NCBI GenBank assembly: GCA_030527015.1
Contig: JAUNBR010000003.1
Location: forward strand, 28,624-92,623
Direction: 5' to 3'
Origin: Planctomycetia bacterium
GTDB taxonomy: Bacteria > Planctomycetota > Planctomycetia > Pirellulales > Thermoguttaceae
Length of the DNA stretch: 64,000 nt
The notes beneath the pieces were generated by a model. It was not told where the DNA came from and did no database searches. It was given only the letters and a program-made list of their open reading frames with translations. The translations under genes and the position numbers were made by a program. This document shows, piece by piece, positions 61,653 through 64,000 of the stretch (within the stretch, counting starts at the first letter, position 1; every line of letters starts with the position of its first letter).

Positions 61653-62888
61653 ATGGCAAAAAATTTTTCATTTTTATTTTATGTATTTTTTGTAGTATTT
61701 TCCGTTTCATTTTGTTGGGCTGACGAGGATATTACTGACAAATTGGAAGATCTGGGCATTCCCCACAAGGAGCGTTATCCAGACGGGGAAATGGCCTACG
61801 CACGAAATATCTGGGACATGATTCCGTATCGTGGAAGGATTTATCTCGGCTGCGGCGGATACGACAATTCTCCGCCGGCGGCCAACGCAGGACCGGTTCC
61901 CGTTATCGCGTTCGACACGAAAAGCAAAAAGTTTGTGACCGAGGAGAAAGGTTTACCGGACGAGCAGCTGGACAATTTTAAAATCTTTTCTGACGGTTTA
62001 CTTTATGCCCCAGGAATCGATCCGCGGCAGGGATGGGAGCTTGGGAATTTTTACCGAAGAACCCCTAACGGAAAATGGGAGGTCGTGCGCACGATGCCAA
62101 AAGGCATTCATAATTTTGACATGACCGAGTTCGACGGAAAAATTTTCTGCTGCGGATACGGAATCGCCATTTCCGAGGACAGAGGGAAAACCATGGTGCT
62201 GCGTGAAATGGGGCTGAAAGATATTCGAACCACTGCGTTTTTGCGATTTCCCAAGCGGTTATTTAGCGTTCGTGCTTTTAATTTTTTGGTTGAAGGGGAA
62301 GATTTTGTCTCCGAAATGAACGTCTATAATCCTAAAAAAAAGGACTTCGACGCGATGAAAATCTCTTGCGAAGAACTTTTTCCTGATTTACAGAAAACCT
62401 TTGTGCTTCCTAATGGACAGAGGCCGAAGCCTGAACACCGAATAATTTTCGGGGTTTCGATCACGAAAACGTGTAAGTATAAAAATCGCGTTCTTTATAT
62501 CGCCACCCGAAAAGACCACTTCCTTTTTAGCGCCGAAAATCCAAAAGGCAATCATTTTAAAGCCGTCCAGATTCCTCTTCCTGAAAACACTCGGGCAGAA
62601 GACTTATTCGCGAATAAAAACGCGGTTTACCTTCTCACCAGCTCGCCGGCCGAGCCTACCGCCGAGACAAAAGAATACACCAACCAAATTTGGAAATCTA
62701 AGGACGGCGTGCATTTTAAGCCCCTGTTTCATTTTCGGGCACCACAATTTGCCCGTTCCTTCGCCGTGGCAGGAAAGGATTTTTATTTCGGTTTAGGCGC
62801 ACGGTATAAGCGAGACATGAAAACCTATAAATGGGACGGTGCCCCGATTCCTGCCGACTGTGGGAGAATTTATCGTTATAAACCCTAA
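61653..62888 (+). CDS. hypothetical secreted protein
   Basis: Signal peptide MAKNFSFLFYVFFVVFSVSFCWA. Long ORF with visibly higher GC than the window average. No family recognised. Confidence 0.6.
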   Translation: MAKNFSFLFYVFFVVFSVSFCWADEDITDKLEDLGIPHKERYPDGEMAYARNIWDMIPYRGRIYLGCGGYDNSPPAANAGPVPVIAFDTKSKKFVTEEKGLPDEQLDNFKIFSDGLLYAPGIDPRQGWELGNFYRRTPNGKWEVVRTMPKGIHNFDMTEFDGKIFCCGYGIAISEDRGKTMVLREMGLKDIRTTAFLRFPKRLFSVRAFNFLVEGEDFVSEMNVYNPKKKDFDAMKISCEELFPDLQKTFVLPNGQRPKPEHRIIFGVSITKTCKYKNRVLYIATRKDHFLFSAENPKGNHFKAVQIPLPENTRAEDLFANKNAVYLLTSSPAEPTAETKEYTNQIWKSKDGVHFKPLFHFRAPQFARSFAVAGKDFYFGLGARYKRDMKTYKWDGAPIPADCGRIYRYKP

Positions 62889-62914
62889 TTCTACTTTTCA
62901 TTTTCAGTTTCCGT

Positions 62915-62976
62915 GACTCTGAAAATATCCGCGTTTAGTACCCCACAAAATGGAAATTTAAAGTAAGTGCAGTAAA
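62915..62976 (+). repeat. SIR105 3' two-thirds fragment
   Basis: GACTCTGAAAATATCCGCGTTTAGTACCCCACAAAATGGAAATTTAAAGTAAGTGCAGTAAA. Confidence 0.5.
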
Positions 62977-63023
62977 ATCCACCGGAAAAACATGGAAGGA
63001 AACGCGAAAGGAGGAAAAAATAA

Positions 63024-63977
63024 ATGAGAGTTGTTGTAATTGGTGCCGCAGGGCATATCGGCACGTATCTCATTCCCATGTTCGTCAGCGCGGGTTACGA
63101 AACCATCGCCATCACTCGAGGAATGTCCATGCCTTACGAGCCTCACCCCGCTTGGGACAAGGCGCGACGAGTTTTCCTGGACAGAGATGACCCAGACTTT
63201 ATCCAGAAACTCACGACGGTAGAGCCTGATATTATCGTCGACCTGGTGAACTTTCACCTCCAGGACACAAAGAAAATTGTGAATGCCTTTCAGGGCACTC
63301 GGCTTTCCCATTATCTTTACTGTTCCTCCTGTTGGGCGCACGGAATGGCGGAGACGATTCCTCTGGATCCAGACGATCTTCGTAAAGAGCCGCTGGACGC
63401 TTACGGAAAAGATAAGTTCGCCAGTGAAACATACCTGAAGGAGCAGTATCGGCAAAACGGATTTCCTGCGACAATCATCATGCCCGGGCAGATTTCCGGC
63501 CCTGGCTGGACGATCATTAATCCTTGGGGTAACACTTCGACGCGAGTGTTTCAGGACATCGCCGACGGGAAGGAAATCGCGCTGCCGAACTTCGGGCAAG
63601 AGATCCTTCACCACGTGCATGGATATGACGTGGCGCAAGTCTTCTTTTTAGCTGTCCGGCACCGTAATCAGGCCATGGGCGAATCTTTTGACGCAGAGGC
63701 AGAAACTCATATCACCCTTTATGGTTTCGCCAAACATCTGTATGAATATTTCGGGCACGCGCCGAAAATTCGATTTCTCCCTTGGCCCCAGTGGTGCGAA
63801 TACGTGGGAAATGCCCAGCAGTGCGAGCACTCTTATTACCATCTTACCCGCAGCGGCGTTTTCAGTATCGAAAAGACGCGCCGACTACTGGAGTATCAGC
63901 CGAAATATTCTTGCCTCGAAACGATCGACTTGGCCGTGAAAAGTTATATTGACCGAAAATTGATCAAGATAAATTAA
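63024..63977 (+). CDS. NAD-dependent epimerase/dehydratase family protein
   Basis: MRVVVIGAAGHIGTYL Rossmann motif and AAAGGAGGA RBS. Higher GC than the window average. Confidence 0.8.
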   Translation: MRVVVIGAAGHIGTYLIPMFVSAGYETIAITRGMSMPYEPHPAWDKARRVFLDRDDPDFIQKLTTVEPDIIVDLVNFHLQDTKKIVNAFQGTRLSHYLYCSSCWAHGMAETIPLDPDDLRKEPLDAYGKDKFASETYLKEQYRQNGFPATIIMPGQISGPGWTIINPWGNTSTRVFQDIADGKEIALPNFGQEILHHVHGYDVAQVFFLAVRHRNQAMGESFDAEAETHITLYGFAKHLYEYFGHAPKIRFLPWPQWCEYVGNAQQCEHSYYHLTRSGVFSIEKTRRLLEYQPKYSCLETIDLAVKSYIDRKLIKIN

Positions 63978-64000
63978 TTAAGATAAAAGGCAAAAGAGCT

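Noticed and set aside
62958-63638. 226-aa minus-strand ORF
   Set aside because: It is antisense to the epimerase/dehydratase gene (63024-63977), which has a Rossmann GAAGHIG motif and a strong RBS. The locally higher GC favours spurious antisense ORFs.
1-64000. The abundant repeats as a CRISPR array or arrays
   Set aside because: The unit is about 105 nt and occurs in both orientations at irregular spacing across the whole window, separated by genes rather than short unique spacers. No cas genes are present.
1-64000. SIR105 as a simple rho-independent terminator
   Set aside because: Neither orientation has a T-run after the central or outer hairpin. Copies also occur upstream of genes and inside the iorA-iorB operon. 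Genuine hairpin plus T-run terminators exist elsewhere (644-681, 40157-40192, 50358-50391).
1-64000. SIR105 as an outward-facing promoter cassette
   Set aside because: The -10-like strings (TATAGT, TATAAA, CTATAAAT) near the termini have no TTG-type -35 at 16-18 nt in the consensus. I could not support promoter activity from sequence alone.
1-64000. SIR105 as a short protein-coding gene family (one frame is stop-free)
   Set aside because: The open frame has no consistent start codon or RBS. Copies differ by frameshifting indels. Conservation tracks the inverted-repeat and hairpin structure rather than codon positions.
1-64000. Prophage, integrative element or defence island
   Set aside because: No integrase, recombinase, capsid/terminase, restriction-modification, toxin-antitoxin or other defence-type genes were recognised. 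Gene content is core metabolic, housekeeping and envelope.

Overview
AT-rich chromosomal segment, about 40% GC by eye (not computed). I support 44 protein-coding genes on both strands. Most are housekeeping or metabolic: infA, rnc, tadA, iorAB, leuD, two tatA-family genes, a umuC-like polymerase, a phosphohexomutase, a ROK kinase, a GH2 glycosidase with a XylR-type regulator, a RuBisCO-like protein, and MATE and AI-2E transporters. The rest are signalling and envelope proteins: a Ser/Thr kinase-receiver fusion, a J-domain/LRR/FGE fusion, an LRR protein, a prenyltransferase-repeat protein and a membrane-anchored degenerate GspE-like ATPase. This combination suggests a PVC-superphylum (Planctomycetota-like) anaerobe, but that is inference only. 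I recognised no rRNA, tRNA, CRISPR array, transposase, integrase or phage genes. The main finding is non-coding. A ~105-nt structured repeat, given the working label SIR105, sits in almost every intergenic spacer. Its consensus is TATACCCGATACACTATAAATTTCCGCTTCTCCGGCATTTTGCTTCGCTGAAAATGCCTGCTTTCAGAGCCGCACAAAACGGAAATTTAAAGTGGAACCAGTATA. It has imperfect 26-nt terminal inverted repeats and a central 8-bp hairpin. By hand count there are about 50 near-full copies and about 30 fragments, roughly 7-8 kb or about 12% of the window. The family shows nested self-insertions at one fixed internal site, a subfamily with compensated stem changes, a locally confined long variant, palindromised derivatives, placement inside the iorA-iorB operon and right next to stop codons, and an orientation bias relative to upstream genes. 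It behaves like a very successful MITE/REPIN/Correia-type element with no mobilising gene in the window. The protein-level oddities are secondary. All coordinates of non-coding features were placed by eye and may be off by a few nt. No database search or folding computation was possible.
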